Positions 1-10,891 of a stretch of DNA of 64,000 bases are shown in pieces. Each line of letters starts with the position of its first letter. The first letter of the stretch is position 1. Origin of the DNA: Hyaloraphidium curvatum SAG 235-1 (taxonomy: Eukaryota; Fungi; Monoblepharomycota); the NCBI GenBank assembly GCA_025558095.1, contig JAIVFI010000034.1:494394-558393 (forward strand). Direction: 5' to 3'. The notes beneath the pieces are model-generated. The model was not told the origin of the DNA, searched no databases, and saw only the letters and a program-made list of their open reading frames with translations. The position numbers and the translations under genes are program-made.

Positions 1-1185
1 GTCGGGCAGCGGCTCGTCGAGATGCTCGTCGAGCGCGGCGCGGCGCGCGTGGTGTCCTTCGACCTCGCCGGCCGCCCGCGCGACGCGTCGGACGATCCGC
101 GGATCGAATACGTGCAGGGCGACATCACAAAGTACGAGGACTGCGTCAAGGCATTCAAGGGCTGTACCGCGGTGTGGCACATCGCCGCCGCCGTCGGGCC
201 GTACCACCCGCCCGAGGTGTTCGAAAAGGTCAACTACCACGGTAGCCTCAACGTCCTCGAGGCGTGCAAGGCGCTGGGCATCAAAAAGCTGGTCATGTCG
301 TCGTCGCCCTCGACGCGCTACCCGTACCCGGACCCGAACATGCACGACTGCACCGAGGACGACCTGGAGCGGCTCAACGGCGGCGAGTTCACGAAAAAGT
401 TCCTGAGCTCCTACGCCGAGTGGAAGGCCGCCGGCGAGAAGGCCGTGCGCGAGGCGTGCGACCCGCCCAGGATCTACACCGTGGCCGTGAGCCCGCACCA
501 GGTCTACGGCCCCCGGGACTACCTCTTCCTGGACGCGCTCATGGAGGCCGCCGGCTCCGGCCGGCTGCGCGTGTTCGGCGACGCGACCAACAAGGTCTCG
601 TTCACGCACGTGGACAACTACTCGCACGGCCTGATCCTCGGCGGCGAGGCCCTCTACGACGGCAGCCCTGCGCTGGGCAAGTTCTACATGATCACGGACG
701 GGCCCGCGGCCAACTTCTGGGAGACCGTGGACCGCGTGGCGACGGGCATCGGGTTCGATAGCGTGCTCGCGCGGCGGCCGTGGATTCCCGAGTGGTTCGG
801 CATGTGGCTCGGCTGGGGCGCCGAAAAGGCCGGCCACGTCATCTCGCTGGCCACGGGCGAGCCGTACCACAAGGTCATGCGCCGGGTCAAGCTGTCGCAG
901 TTTTCCATCAAGATGCTCTGCATCAACCGGTCCTTCTCCACGGCCAACGCGCGGCGCGACCTCGGCTACGTGCCTGTGCTCACGTTCGAGGAGGGCATGG
1001 CGCAGACGATCGCGTGGTTCCGGGACGTGTGGCTGGCCCGCAGCCGGTTCGCGGGCAAGGTCGGGAAGGGGAAGGCAGCCAATGGGACGGCGGGGGGCGC
1101 TAAGGCCGCGGGCGGGACGCAGGTTGGTTGGATCGCGGCGCTCGTCGGCGTCGCGCTGCTGTACTGGCTGTTCCTGGCTAACTGA
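1..1185 (+). CDS. 3-beta-hydroxysteroid dehydrogenase/decarboxylase family SDR (NSDHL/ERG26-like), 5'-partial
   Basis: Frame open from base 1 (VGQRLVEML, tail of the Rossmann motif). Motifs GDIT, VWHIAA, VNYHGS, YxxxK (YAEWK) and VYGPRD; C-terminal hydrophobic anchor. Confidence 0.85.
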   Translation, partial: VGQRLVEMLVERGAARVVSFDLAGRPRDASDDPRIEYVQGDITKYEDCVKAFKGCTAVWHIAAAVGPYHPPEVFEKVNYHGSLNVLEACKALGIKKLVMSSSPSTRYPYPDPNMHDCTEDDLERLNGGEFTKKFLSSYAEWKAAGEKAVREACDPPRIYTVAVSPHQVYGPRDYLFLDALMEAAGSGRLRVFGDATNKVSFTHVDNYSHGLILGGEALYDGSPALGKFYMITDGPAANFWETVDRVATGIGFDSVLARRPWIPEWFGMWLGWGAEKAGHVISLATGEPYHKVMRRVKLSQFSIKMLCINRSFSTANARRDLGYVPVLTFEEGMAQTIAWFRDVWLARSRFAGKVGKGKAANGTAGGAKAAGGTQVGWIAALVGVALLYWLFLAN

Positions 1186-1375
1186 AGGCCAGGGGGTGGA
1201 GGCATGACGGACATCCGAGTTTCTAGATGAGATGAATAGACCTGTACGATTCGTTGAACGGGGCTCCTTCGGCTCGTGCCCGGTCTCCAGAGCAGTCTCG
1301 CGATCGTTTCCCTTCCGTGCACATACAAAACCACTGCCACGGGGCCTCCACACCGCCCACCCCTGGTGCCCGCCT

Positions 1376-4300
1376 TCAAAATATGTCCGGCAGATCCTCG
1401 GGCCACCGTCCCTCGGCGCGGCACTCCCAATAACCCCCCTTGTACTCCCACCCCGTCTCCACCCCCACGAACCACCTCGCCCTGGCCTCCCTCCCCTCTC
1501 TCCTCGCGGCCCGCTGCTTCTCTTCCAGCCTCGTCTTCTCCGCCTCGGCGTTGTCAATCCTCCCTTCCTCGAAGAGCCGCTGGTCCGGCCGCAGCCTCGA
1601 ATCCGTCGGCGCCGTCCCGTCCTCGGCCTCGTTGAGCTGCGCCGCGAACGCCGTGAACCCGTACATCCGCTGCGGTGAACCCGGCGGGACGGGCTCCCCG
1701 CGCCAGACCACCTCGAGCACCTCCCTGCCCCCTTGCCCGCCCGGGCCGACCGAGCGCGAGATCACGGAATCCCAGCGCCCAGTCACCTTCCCCACATCCC
1801 TCCCGTCCCCGTCTCTCACGCTACCCGCGACCTCGTTCTTGGCGGCGGAAAAGTACCCCGACTCGCGGAACTGCAGCACGCACGCGTGCCCCGTGTTTTC
1901 GTTGCGCACGAGCAACTCCCCGACGTGCTCGAGGTACCGCGACCCGCCGCCGATGAGGTTGCGCATGCACGTGGTGACGCGGTTGTAGGTGTAGCGCTCC
2001 TCGCGGCCGTTGCCGAGGCGCAGGAGCACGCGCACGGGGGAGCCGACGGGGAGGAACTCCATCGTCTTGCCCTGGAAGGGGGCGGGGGGTCAGCGATCCC
2101 GGCAATGTCCCCGCATGTCCATGTGGGGCAACCAACCCAGAACTTGCTCTTGACCTGGCTGTCCCCCCACACCTTCCACCCCCTCCCCCCCGCGCACCAT
2201 CCCTCCCCCTCGTACGCCAGCACGGGCGGGTGGTGCGACACCTTCTCCGCCAGGAACCTCCACCCCGCTTCCGGCCTCGCGAGCTCGTACGTCTCCCCCA
2301 GCAGCGGGTTGAACGGCTTCCTCCCCGCGCGGTGGACCGTCCCCGCGTACCCCGACACCGCAAATGCCGCGACGAGCACCGTCCTCTCCGCCGCATCCCC
2401 GCTCGCGCACGCCCGCACGAGGAGGTCCGAGTACTCGAACTCCTCCGCCAGCCGCTGCAGCGCGCTCAGCGGCTCGTTGAGCTGGATCGGCATCGAGATG
2501 GTCGAGAGGTCCTTGCCCATGCTGCCGCGGAGGATGGAGAGGATGCTCACGGGGCTCTCGCACGAGCCCGGGGCGGGGAGCACGGCGCGGCGCGGGCGGG
2601 CGGGGGGGAAGAAGGGGGCGCCGGGTTCGGCGGGGGCCGGGGTGGGCGGGGGGAGCTCCGCTGCGGATTCGAAGGCGGGGGGTTCGATGCCCACGGCCGA
2701 CCCTGCGGAGCTCGGCACCCCCTCGCCCTCCATCCCCTCCTCCCCTTCCTCCTCCTCGCCCTCCCCGGGCTCGCTCTCCCCCTCGTACGCATCGAAGAAC
2801 TCGCCCTCGTCGCTGACCCCCGTCGCCGCCGAGAGGATGCTCGCCGCGCGCCCGGCGACCAGCCTCCTCCCCAGGCTCGGGTGGAACATCGCCCCCGGGG
2901 ACGGGTTCCCAAGGAGGAGGCCCTCGGCTGCGCGCTGCAGCCGGGACTGGATGGAGCGCAGGAGCGGGGCGAGGTCGGAGGCGGCGCCGTCGGGGTCCGG
3001 GGGGAGGAGGGAGGCCAGGTGCGCGGCCTCGGCGACGCGCGCGATCTCGCGCTTGAGGATGTCGTAGGGCGATTCCTCGCCCGTGAAGGAGCCGCGCGGG
3101 CCCAGGGGGGAGGGCCGGGCGTCGGCGGGGGTGATGGTGAGGGCTTCCAGGGTCGGCGGGGCCGGGAGCGGCCGCTCGCCGTCCTCGTGTTCGGGCTCGC
3201 CGTCCGGTTCGGCGTCCTCCGGGAGCTCGAAGGAGCGCAGCGCCGAGGACCAGGCGGCAAAGTCGGCGTCGTTGGCGCAGCGCATGTGGAACAGGGCCGA
3301 TCCCGAGTCTTGCACGGAAAGGGGGTCAGCGTCGTCCCAAGGCCGCGGCGCGCCCCCGTGGACGCACCGACGTCGATCCGCAGCCGCTTCGCATCCTCCG
3401 TCACCACCGCCGCCGGCACCCTCGCCGCGCCCCTGATCTCCCCGCCCCTCTTCTCGGCGTACTCGAGCGTGCCGTCCGACAGGAGGCGGAACCAGCGCCG
3501 CGCCCAGCCCTGCATCTTCTTGCTGCGCTTCTTGGAGAGCCAGCCCTCGATGACCACCGCGGGCGCGCCGGGCTGCGGGTCCGCGGGGGGCACGTAGGGG
3601 ACCACGCTGACAAAGTAGGTGAGCTTCTTTGGGGTCGAGACGGAGAAGGTGTTGTCCCAGTAGAGCACGTATTCTGTCCCGTGGCGTCAGAGCGCGAGGG
3701 CGGGCGACGGAGCGCAGATGCTTACCTCCCGGCTCGGTGGCGACCCAGCTGCCCTTGACGGCGAGCTTGCTGCTCTCGTGATGCGCGATCGGCACCAGCT
3801 GCACGAGCCCCGGCTCCTGCAGCAGCGCCGCCGAGGCCGATTTCGCGTGCAGCACGCCCGGCATGGCCAGGGAGGGCAGGTCCGTCGCGGAGCCCGTGCG
3901 GGTGGGCGACGTCGAGGGCGAGGGGAGGGGCGAGACGGGCGACGTGGCCAGCGAGGGTGCCAGGGAGCCGTGGCGCGAGTGGCCGGGCACGGCCGGGGCC
4001 GCCGCGGGGCTGCCGACCTGCGTGTCGGCCAGCGACGCCTCGGAGTTTGCGGACGGCGGCCTGCGCGCCTCGAGCACGCTGACCGACGTCGAGCGGAGGT
4101 GCGACGGCGGCTGCTGCGGCGGGGCCGGCGGCTGCACGGCGGCCGACGGGAACGAGAAGGCGCGCGCGTTGCTGCCGAGCAGCTTGCCGAGCGCGGCCGA
4201 CGGCGGCGTGTTGGAGCGCCGCGCGTCCTTTGCCCCGTTGGCCGCCGCGGCACTCATAGCATTTGCCGCCGGCGCATTTCCGTTAAAAGAGTTCGGCACG

Positions 4301-4476
4301 CCATTTTGGGCGCCCAGCGGGCCGCGGCGGAACACGCCGAAGCGGATGTTCTTCGCCTCGGTGCTGAAAGAGTACAGGATCTCCAGCGGCAGCGCCGCGC
4401 CGTCGGGCACGAGCACCGCGTGGCTGAACGCGGACCGCGCCGCGACAGTCACGCGGTCGAACGTGCCGCGGTCCAT
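1376..4476 (-). CDS. OSH3: Oxysterol-binding protein (GOLD + PH + ORD), OSH3-like, multi-exon
   Basis: GOLD-like YSFSTEAKNIRFGVF and LYWDNTFSVSTPKKLTY; PH EGWLSKKRSKKMQGWARRWF; FFAT EFFDAYE; ORD NEPLSALQR, KPFNPLLGETY, EKVSHHPP, PTDSRLRPDQR. GT-AG introns, e.g. 3674-3725. Confidence 0.88.
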
Positions 4477-4978
4477 GGGGGCGGGGTGCCGCGCGGCGTT
4501 GGGGATTCCTGATTTCGCGTTTCCGGTACTCCGGGCGGGCGGTCAACACCACATTGTTCCACCTCAACACAGAGGGACACGGAACAACGAAGGAGCCATC
4601 CGAACGGATGTACTGGACTAATCTTCTCATCTCACCGGGCTTGGCGGTGTGGAGCCTCGTCGGTCGGAGCGGACCTGGATATGCACCGAACGGAGAATGC
4701 ACGAACCGACTCCACATTACTGGCCTACCGGCCCTGCTTTACAGCCTCGTTGGCCTCCGACGCAGACTTCAACCTTGGTCGCCCCAAGACGATGGCAAAA
4801 CGTGCGCCTGCTGCGCTAGCAGGACGCACCGCATCGCTCTCCGCCCAACGCCCGCTTGGCGGGTATCCCTAGCATGCTTGCGGTATATGTCGCGGCGCAC
4901 AGCGCCCTCCCGTGTCCACTTCGAGCCCTTCCGAAAAAAGCAGGGGGTCCGTTCCTTGCGGCTCCCCCGGCCGGCAGG

Positions 4979-5377
4979 TCACCGCGCCTCGGCGGCCTGC
5001 ATCTCGACCTCGCCCAGGCGCATGCTCGGCACGTGGGCGGGGCCGGGGGTGCGCGGGCGGTCGCCGAGGGGGGAGGCAAAGGCACGGCGCATGCGGAGGA
5101 CCTCCTCGATGTCCTCGCGGGAGAGGGGGGCCACGGGGATCGACTGCGCGTCGGGGGGAGGGGAGGACGGGTCAGCGGGTGGAGACGGCGGGGCGGGCGC
5201 GGGCGGCGCACCGATCTGTCGTATGCCTCGGGGCTGAAAGTCAGCCGCACGCGGACGAGCGGGTGGAAGCGGCTGCGGGAAAAAGGGGGAGGGGTTGCGC
5301 GGGTCAGGGGCGCCTTCTCCGGGGGGAGGCGGCAATGCCACCCACACTCTCGATGCCGCGGACGGCAGCGACTCCAT
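4979..5377 (-). CDS. Small (85 aa) putative PP1 regulatory protein with RVxF...YDR motif, 3 exons
   Basis: Exons 5377-5346, 5272-5212 and 5143-4979 with GT-AG introns splice to MESLPSAASRVRFHPLVRVRLTFSPEAYDRSSIPVAPLSREDIEEVLRMRR... Confidence 0.65.
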   Translation of the reverse strand: MESLPSAASRVWVALPPPPGEGAPDPRNPSPFFPQPLPPARPRAADFQPRGIRQIGAPPAPAPPSPPADPSSPPPDAQSIPVAPLSREDIEEVLRMRRAFASPLGDRPRTPGPAHVPSMRLGEVEMQAAEAR

Positions 5378-6913
5378 TTTGTTTGCGCGGGATGGAGCGA
5401 TCCGCGGGGGCGGGGTGCGGGTGCGGTTGCCCGAGCACCGGGGAGGGGAGGGGGCGGGCGCGCCGGGGCGGCGGCGGGCAGCGCGGCGCGGCGGGTGCGT
5501 GCGCGGCGGCGGGACGTGCGGCTCGCGGCCGTCGCGGAGCGGTGGCCGGACGCGGAGCGGCGGTCGGTGCGGCCGCCCGCTGCCGGTCGCGGAGGGGCGC
5601 GGCGGGCGCGCGGCGGCGACCGTGCGGAACGGCGGGCGAACGGGGCCGCGGGGAGCGCCGGGCCGCGGGAAGGAAGCCGGTCGAACGCGGGAGACGGCGG
5701 CCGCAGGGTAGCTCGCTCGTACGGAAGTGGCGCCTGAACTGGTTTTGCGTTCGGGTCCTGTTGATTTGCAAGGCTGTGCGTCGGGACCCGCTGCATTGCT
5801 CACCCTTGACTCAAGGCACCCTGCGGCACAGCCGGTTGGGCATCCGGGAGCCCCCGATGGTGCCGTGAATGCATCTGCCCCGCACCGGGGCAGCGATCCG
5901 TCCGCGGCTGCCCGATTCGGACCCCGGCTCAGCCACCACCATGCCCTTGCGAAGCCAATCCAGTTTCTCCACCTCTCGCTCTTGCGGCGCGCCCCTCGCA
6001 GGCCGGTCCGTCGCAGGCCAACAGGGACGTTGATGGTGCCGGGATCCGCATCAATGGGCCCGCGGCGGCTTTCGGCCGGATGTCTCCCTCTGTCCCTCCG
6101 TAGCGCGGTCCCCGAACGAATGCGGCTGGAGGGCCGCGACCGCTATGCCGAGAAACCGCACCCGCAGGCGCCTGAAACCGCGGACCGGCCACCCGGCGCA
6201 TGCCCGAAAGCTTCCCGATCGGAGGTACCGCGGCCGCGGGCGATCGTGCGGGGCCGAGGGGCTCCCGGTGCTCGGGCCGCTTTTTTCTTCGTCCCCGCGG
6301 CGGTGCGCTTTCAAGCTGCTTCGGACACTCTCCCTTTCGGCACAGATCCCGGCCGCGGAGCGCAGAGTACCTCCGGCCACCGCCCATCACCCCTCCTTGC
6401 CCACTTTTGGCCCGTGCGCATGCAACCCCATGCACGGCCATGCGCCGCCCGACCCCGCGGCCGCCCTCACGCGGTCGCGGCCCGCACGGCGAGACCGTGC
6501 CATCCGCCCCCGCGGCGGCCCGGGAAAAATGGCCGCGGGGTGGGAGGTGCGGGCGGCGGGGGACGGAAGGCGGGGCGGCTTTCCCGGGAGACGGGGGAAG
6601 GGATGGGGAGAAAGCCGCGGGTTCAGGCGCCGCGGGGGACGGCGGATCGGGGCATTGCGGGCGGGCCGGCGGGTTGGAGTCGGTGCGGGGAAGGGCGGTG
6701 GATCGGGAGAAAGGCGGGCGGGTCGGGGCGGGTGGGTTCCGGGGGGCGCGCGGGGGCGGAGGTGGGAAGCGGGATCGGGAGTGGCGACGGCTTTCCACAC
6801 CGGTGCCGAGGATCTGTGCGTGCCGCTTCTATTGTCCGGATGGTTCGTTGGCGGGGTGCTGGGCGGGCCGTGCGGTCGGAATCTCCAACGAGCGACTCAA
6901 GGCGCCGATCAGG

Positions 6914-8223
6914 TGGGACACAGTTCAGCGGACGAGGAGAATTGGATGTTGGGTATAGGTCTCTCATTATCTCAATTCATGCCCATCAGGCGATCGCGGG
7001 ATGCGTCGAGTTGGCCGGGCACCCCGGGATCTCGCACGCCTGCGGCAGGCTGTACTCGTACGCCTGGGCGACCACGTAGTACCCGTCCGCGCACCGGGGC
7101 AGCACCTTGCCCGCATCCGACGACGAGATGGTGTACGAGTACTCGTCGGTGCACGCGTCGTACGTGCGCGTCACCGTCTCCCCCTTGCGGATGTCATCCC
7201 ACGATTCGGGCTTGTCGCACGACCACCACAGGCCCATCGACCTGACGCGGCCGACAACGGGCCCCGACGCGAGCGGGTTGTACACGGCCGAGATGGCCGA
7301 GCTGCCCACCGTCAGCCACAGCTGGCCCGACTGGGTGCCGCACGCGCCGCCGTAGCCGGGCTCGGGGCAGCCGTGCGTCGAGTTCGAGGAGAAAGACGAG
7401 AGGTTGCTGGCCATGACGCCGTAGTACGAGCCCGGCGTGATGGGGCCGAGCACGATGCCGGGCGCGTTGACCGGGGAGGGCGACCACGGCACGTTGTTGG
7501 GCAGGCCGAAGGCCGTGTCGGCGGCGCACTGGATCGGCGCGGGCGGCGTGGGGAAAATGTCCTGCGCGTTCGCGGGGGAGGCCATCGAGGCGAGGATGGA
7601 GGCGGCGAGGGCGAGGAGAGCGGCGGGGAGGCGGGCCATGTTTCGGTGTCTTTGGTTCAAGTTGGGTATGGGAATCGCGTTTGGTTTGCCGTCGATCGAC
7701 TTTGATGCCGAGCTGGCATCGTGCTGCGCGTCTTATATCGCCCCGCGGCGGGGTTCTGGCGGGTGGAAGTTTCCGCGGCGCAGGGTTGGCGGGGTGCGGG
7801 GCGCGGTCGCACAGCCGGACTACGCCCAGTTCTGGAAAAACCCCGCCCTGGACGGCGAGAATCCGGCCCTTGGAGCATGAGGAACCAGGAATCTTGGCGC
7901 GGATCTGGCGTGAAAGCTATCGCCGCAGGGCGTTTGAGGTGGCACCAACGAAAGTGCGGCGACAGGCCGTGGACGTTTCAGCCCGAGCAGGCATCAGGGC
8001 CAAGAGTGCCCATGGACCGTTAGCGCAATGCCGTTACCAACTTCAGCTCCCGTGCACGATGGCCAAGATGGCAGCACGGGCGCGGATGGCGGGCAGGGAA
8101 GCGGTGGCGACGAGGAAGGGGTGCCCCAAGCCCCGGGAGGTGGGACGCGCAGCTTCGGGAAGGCAATGCCGGTCCTAGAGGGCGTCGTTTGTCGACCGTA
8201 GCTCAGTTGGTTAGATCGTGGGT
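6914..8223. repeat. Left arm of ~1.3 kb near-identical inverted duplication (partner 13452-14761)
   Basis: ORF translations mirror those of the right arm and paired coordinates sum to 21675. Weaker similarity extends out to about 6868/14812. Confidence 0.95.
6986..7639 (-). CDS. Secreted cysteine-rich protein of unknown function, copy 1 (217 aa)
   Basis: Signal peptide MARLPAALLALAASILASMASPANA, several Cys, intronless. TATA-like element upstream; identical to 14036-14689. Confidence 0.8.
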   Translation of the reverse strand: MARLPAALLALAASILASMASPANAQDIFPTPPAPIQCAADTAFGLPNNVPWSPSPVNAPGIVLGPITPGSYYGVMASNLSSFSSNSTHGCPEPGYGGACGTQSGQLWLTVGSSAISAVYNPLASGPVVGRVRSMGLWWSCDKPESWDDIRKGETVTRTYDACTDEYSYTISSSDAGKVLPRCADGYYVVAQAYEYSLPQACEIPGCPANSTHPAIA

Positions 8224-8224
8224 C
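8192..8224 (+). pseudogene. 5' half of tRNA-Met, truncated at the anticodon loop
   Basis: TCGACCGTAGCTCAGTTGGTTAGATCGTGGGTC matches the 5' exon of the tRNA at 12961-13075 with 3 differences. No 3' half follows. Confidence 0.8.
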
Positions 8225-8395
8225 CAGGGAGTTGTGATTTCCGGGGTCCGCGGAGTTCTTCGAGGGATCGGGAAAGGACCAGGCGCCACACAAGAAAACG
8301 GAGTTCAGCCTGGAGATCTAATCGAATCGCGGTGTCGCTCTCCCGACGCTATGTATCCATGGTCCCTCTCGCAACCTGTCGAAGTGTCGGCTAGT

Positions 8396-9472
8396 CTAGT
8401 CCTCCATCGCCCTCGCGACCTCGTCGACGACCGCCCGGTCAAGCTTGTCGACCTTCCAGCCCTCGAGCGTGAGTACCCTGCAGATCGCCGTGCGGAGGTT
8501 GATGTCGAGCACCGCGAAGCTCTCCCAGAGCTGGAGCACCGGGGGCAGCCCGCCTTCCAGCGCACGGCCGCAGGTTGCCGATGCGACCTTGTCGCCCGCA
8601 CGAGCGAACAGAGGCGCTTCGTCGGGGCAGCTGAAGAGCAGGCTGCACGCCGACATGGTGTAGAGCGACGACTTGGGCATGCGCGCGGGGATCGGGGCAG
8701 GCTCGACGGCTCGGGTGAAGTCTCCGTCCGACGCCTTCCGGAGCTTCGCCTTGCAGCCGACCCTCCGGCACAGCCTGTCTCCCGAGTGCGCGCCGGGGAA
8801 GAAGGGCCAGGGCTTGGACGCGAGGAAGGGGCTGGCGGTGACGAGGAGGGCTTCGATGCCGAGGATCTTGCTGACGTGGCGAGCTTTGGCCGACGATCCA
8901 GGGGGCGGCAGGGACTCGTCGCAGCGGTCGGTCAGAGCCTCTTCGTCGCACGCGCCAGATTCGTTCTCGGAAGCGTCGCAGCCGAGCCGGTTGTGCTCGC
9001 AGCCGCCGTCGACGAACCACATCACGTCGCCGTCGCCCAGATCCACGAAAACGGCAGCGTCAGGCTCATCCCCGGCGACCTTGAAGTTGCTGAGCCTCAA
9101 GGCGACTCCTTTCTTTGCCGACTTGAACGCGATGAGGGCGAACATGGAGCAGCCGCGCGGGCGGTTGTGGCCGAGGTCCAGCTTCTGCCCGAAGGAGAAG
9201 GCGAGGTCGGTGAAGTACTTGGCGCCCACGCAGACGAGGCTGTGCGACGGATGGTCTTTCTTCTGGCATTCGGCGCTGCAGTAGGCGGCGGATTTGCACT
9301 GCGTGCAGGTCTTGAGCTTCCCGCCCGGCTTCGCCCCCGTCTTGGCGCGCTCGGCCCGGCAGCCGGGTTCGTGGCACTCTTCCAGCACGCGCAGCTCGCG
9401 GAGCCCGATGCACAGCTCGAAGAGGGCGGCCCGGTCGTACATGGCGGCGGCGTTCGACCGGGAGTGGGTCAC
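8396..9472 (-). CDS. MYND zinc-finger protein
   Basis: CHEPGC...LKTCTQCKSAAYCSAECQKKDHPSHSLVC. Confidence 0.8.
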   Translation of the reverse strand: MTHSRSNAAAMYDRAALFELCIGLRELRVLEECHEPGCRAERAKTGAKPGGKLKTCTQCKSAAYCSAECQKKDHPSHSLVCVGAKYFTDLAFSFGQKLDLGHNRPRGCSMFALIAFKSAKKGVALRLSNFKVAGDEPDAAVFVDLGDGDVMWFVDGGCEHNRLGCDASENESGACDEEALTDRCDESLPPPGSSAKARHVSKILGIEALLVTASPFLASKPWPFFPGAHSGDRLCRRVGCKAKLRKASDGDFTRAVEPAPIPARMPKSSLYTMSACSLLFSCPDEAPLFARAGDKVASATCGRALEGGLPPVLQLWESFAVLDINLRTAICRVLTLEGWKVDKLDRAVVDEVARAMED

Positions 9473-9575
9473 GGTGCGGTTTCGGTTGGGGCTGCTGTCC
9501 CATCACTCTTGCCGCTTTGATTCGGCGGGCGCTCGATGTCACTTCAACTGCTGGTTATGCAGATTCTTTAGCAAT

Positions 9576-10676
9576 TTACAAGGATGATGTCTTCCTGATC
9601 ATCCTGCCCACCCCGGCAGCAGTCAGGGCCTCCGCCACGAAGCCCTCTGGATCTTCGGGTGTTCCCTCCGGCACGGCCAGGACGGCCGCGTGCACCGGGC
9701 CCCTGTCCCCGTCGTCGACCGCAATCATCGTCCAGGAGAAGGTCAAGCCGTCGACGACGGCCTCGGGCGGCAGGAGCAGGAGCAGGAACGACGGCGGCGA
9801 GACCAGGGAAGGCGAGAGCGAGGTCAGCAGCGCGAGGCGCGGAACTTTGCCTTCCGCCGTGGCGCGGATCCCCGAGAACAGGCTCCGCTGTAGGTCTTCC
9901 GATAGCTGAGAGAGTTGCGCGTGGGTGAACCTCTCCACGGCAACGGCATCCTCTGCTGGGCCCGAAATGGTCACAGAAACCAGCGCCGACAGTGTTCGTG
10001 CTTCCAAATCCGTCATGGGCGATTCAACGATGCCGGATGCCGCCGGAGTCCTTCGGAAAGCCTCTGCACGAACGCCTCTGCCGGCGATCCCCGCGCCCAT
10101 CCACTCCAAGTCCTGCTGGGCAACGAAACCCTCCCCGCCTGCTTCCCCCGGCGGCGGATCAAACACAACGACGCGCTCCCACTCGACCGAGAGAGCACGG
10201 AACACATCCGGAAGGCGGAGGAGCGGCCATTCGGGGTCCGAGTCCTGCAGAGATGCGGGAGGGGCAAACACGCAGCGCACGGGGCCGATTGCGCGCAACG
10301 CGTGCAAAATGGCCGGATAGATGTCCGGCCGCCGTCCGTCGGTTGTTGCCGGCGCGTCCAACCGCACGATGCAGGGCACCATGCTCGCGAGCATGACGCC
10401 GTGGACCGCCGCGGCCAGCCGGAGGTACGATGTCGCGCGAGGAACGAGCAGCGCCACGGCATCGCCCGGACGCAGGTCCCCGTAGACCGACAGCGTGGCC
10501 GCGAGCCGCGATGCCGCGTGGAAGTGGGATTCGTGAGTCGCGGCAAGGAGGCGGCGCGCGGGCGGCGCCCCCGGCGACAGCGCGGCAAGCAGCGGCCGCG
10601 GTAAAGGCGGGCCCGGAGAACGCCAGTAGCGCTCCGGGAACCACGGGGAAGGCGGATTCGCGGGGTTGTTCGTCAT
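9576..10676 (-). CDS. Degenerate, truncated adenylate-forming (AMP-binding, 4CL-like) domain protein
   Basis: LRPGDAVALLVP resembles the ANL N-terminus. The P-loop region is degenerate (VTISGPAEDAVAVERFTH) and the C-terminal catalytic motifs are absent. Confidence 0.45.
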   Translation of the reverse strand: MTNNPANPPSPWFPERYWRSPGPPLPRPLLAALSPGAPPARRLLAATHESHFHAASRLAATLSVYGDLRPGDAVALLVPRATSYLRLAAAVHGVMLASMVPCIVRLDAPATTDGRRPDIYPAILHALRAIGPVRCVFAPPASLQDSDPEWPLLRLPDVFRALSVEWERVVVFDPPPGEAGGEGFVAQQDLEWMGAGIAGRGVRAEAFRRTPAASGIVESPMTDLEARTLSALVSVTISGPAEDAVAVERFTHAQLSQLSEDLQRSLFSGIRATAEGKVPRLALLTSLSPSLVSPPSFLLLLLPPEAVVDGLTFSWTMIAVDDGDRGPVHAAVLAVPEGTPEDPEGFVAEALTAAGVGRMIRKTSSL

Positions 10677-10891
10677 TGTAGTCGGCTAGTCGCGTCGCGT
10701 CGATCGGTGGCGTCGTATATCGGACTGCGAAGCTAGAGCAGGCCGGGAAGAGTTACAAACTCCGTCCAATCGTACAACCCCAGCAGTGCTTATCTTGATG
10801 ATCAGCAAATCAAGTTACAATGAGACAATATAGATCCAACGTGGCCGTCGTGGCCGTAGCTACTGGCGAGGGAGCCCTTCAGGCGCGGTCT

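Noticed and set aside
5400-6900. Long ORFs in the very GC-rich region
   Set aside because: No codon bias or motifs; probably promoter/UTR sequence.
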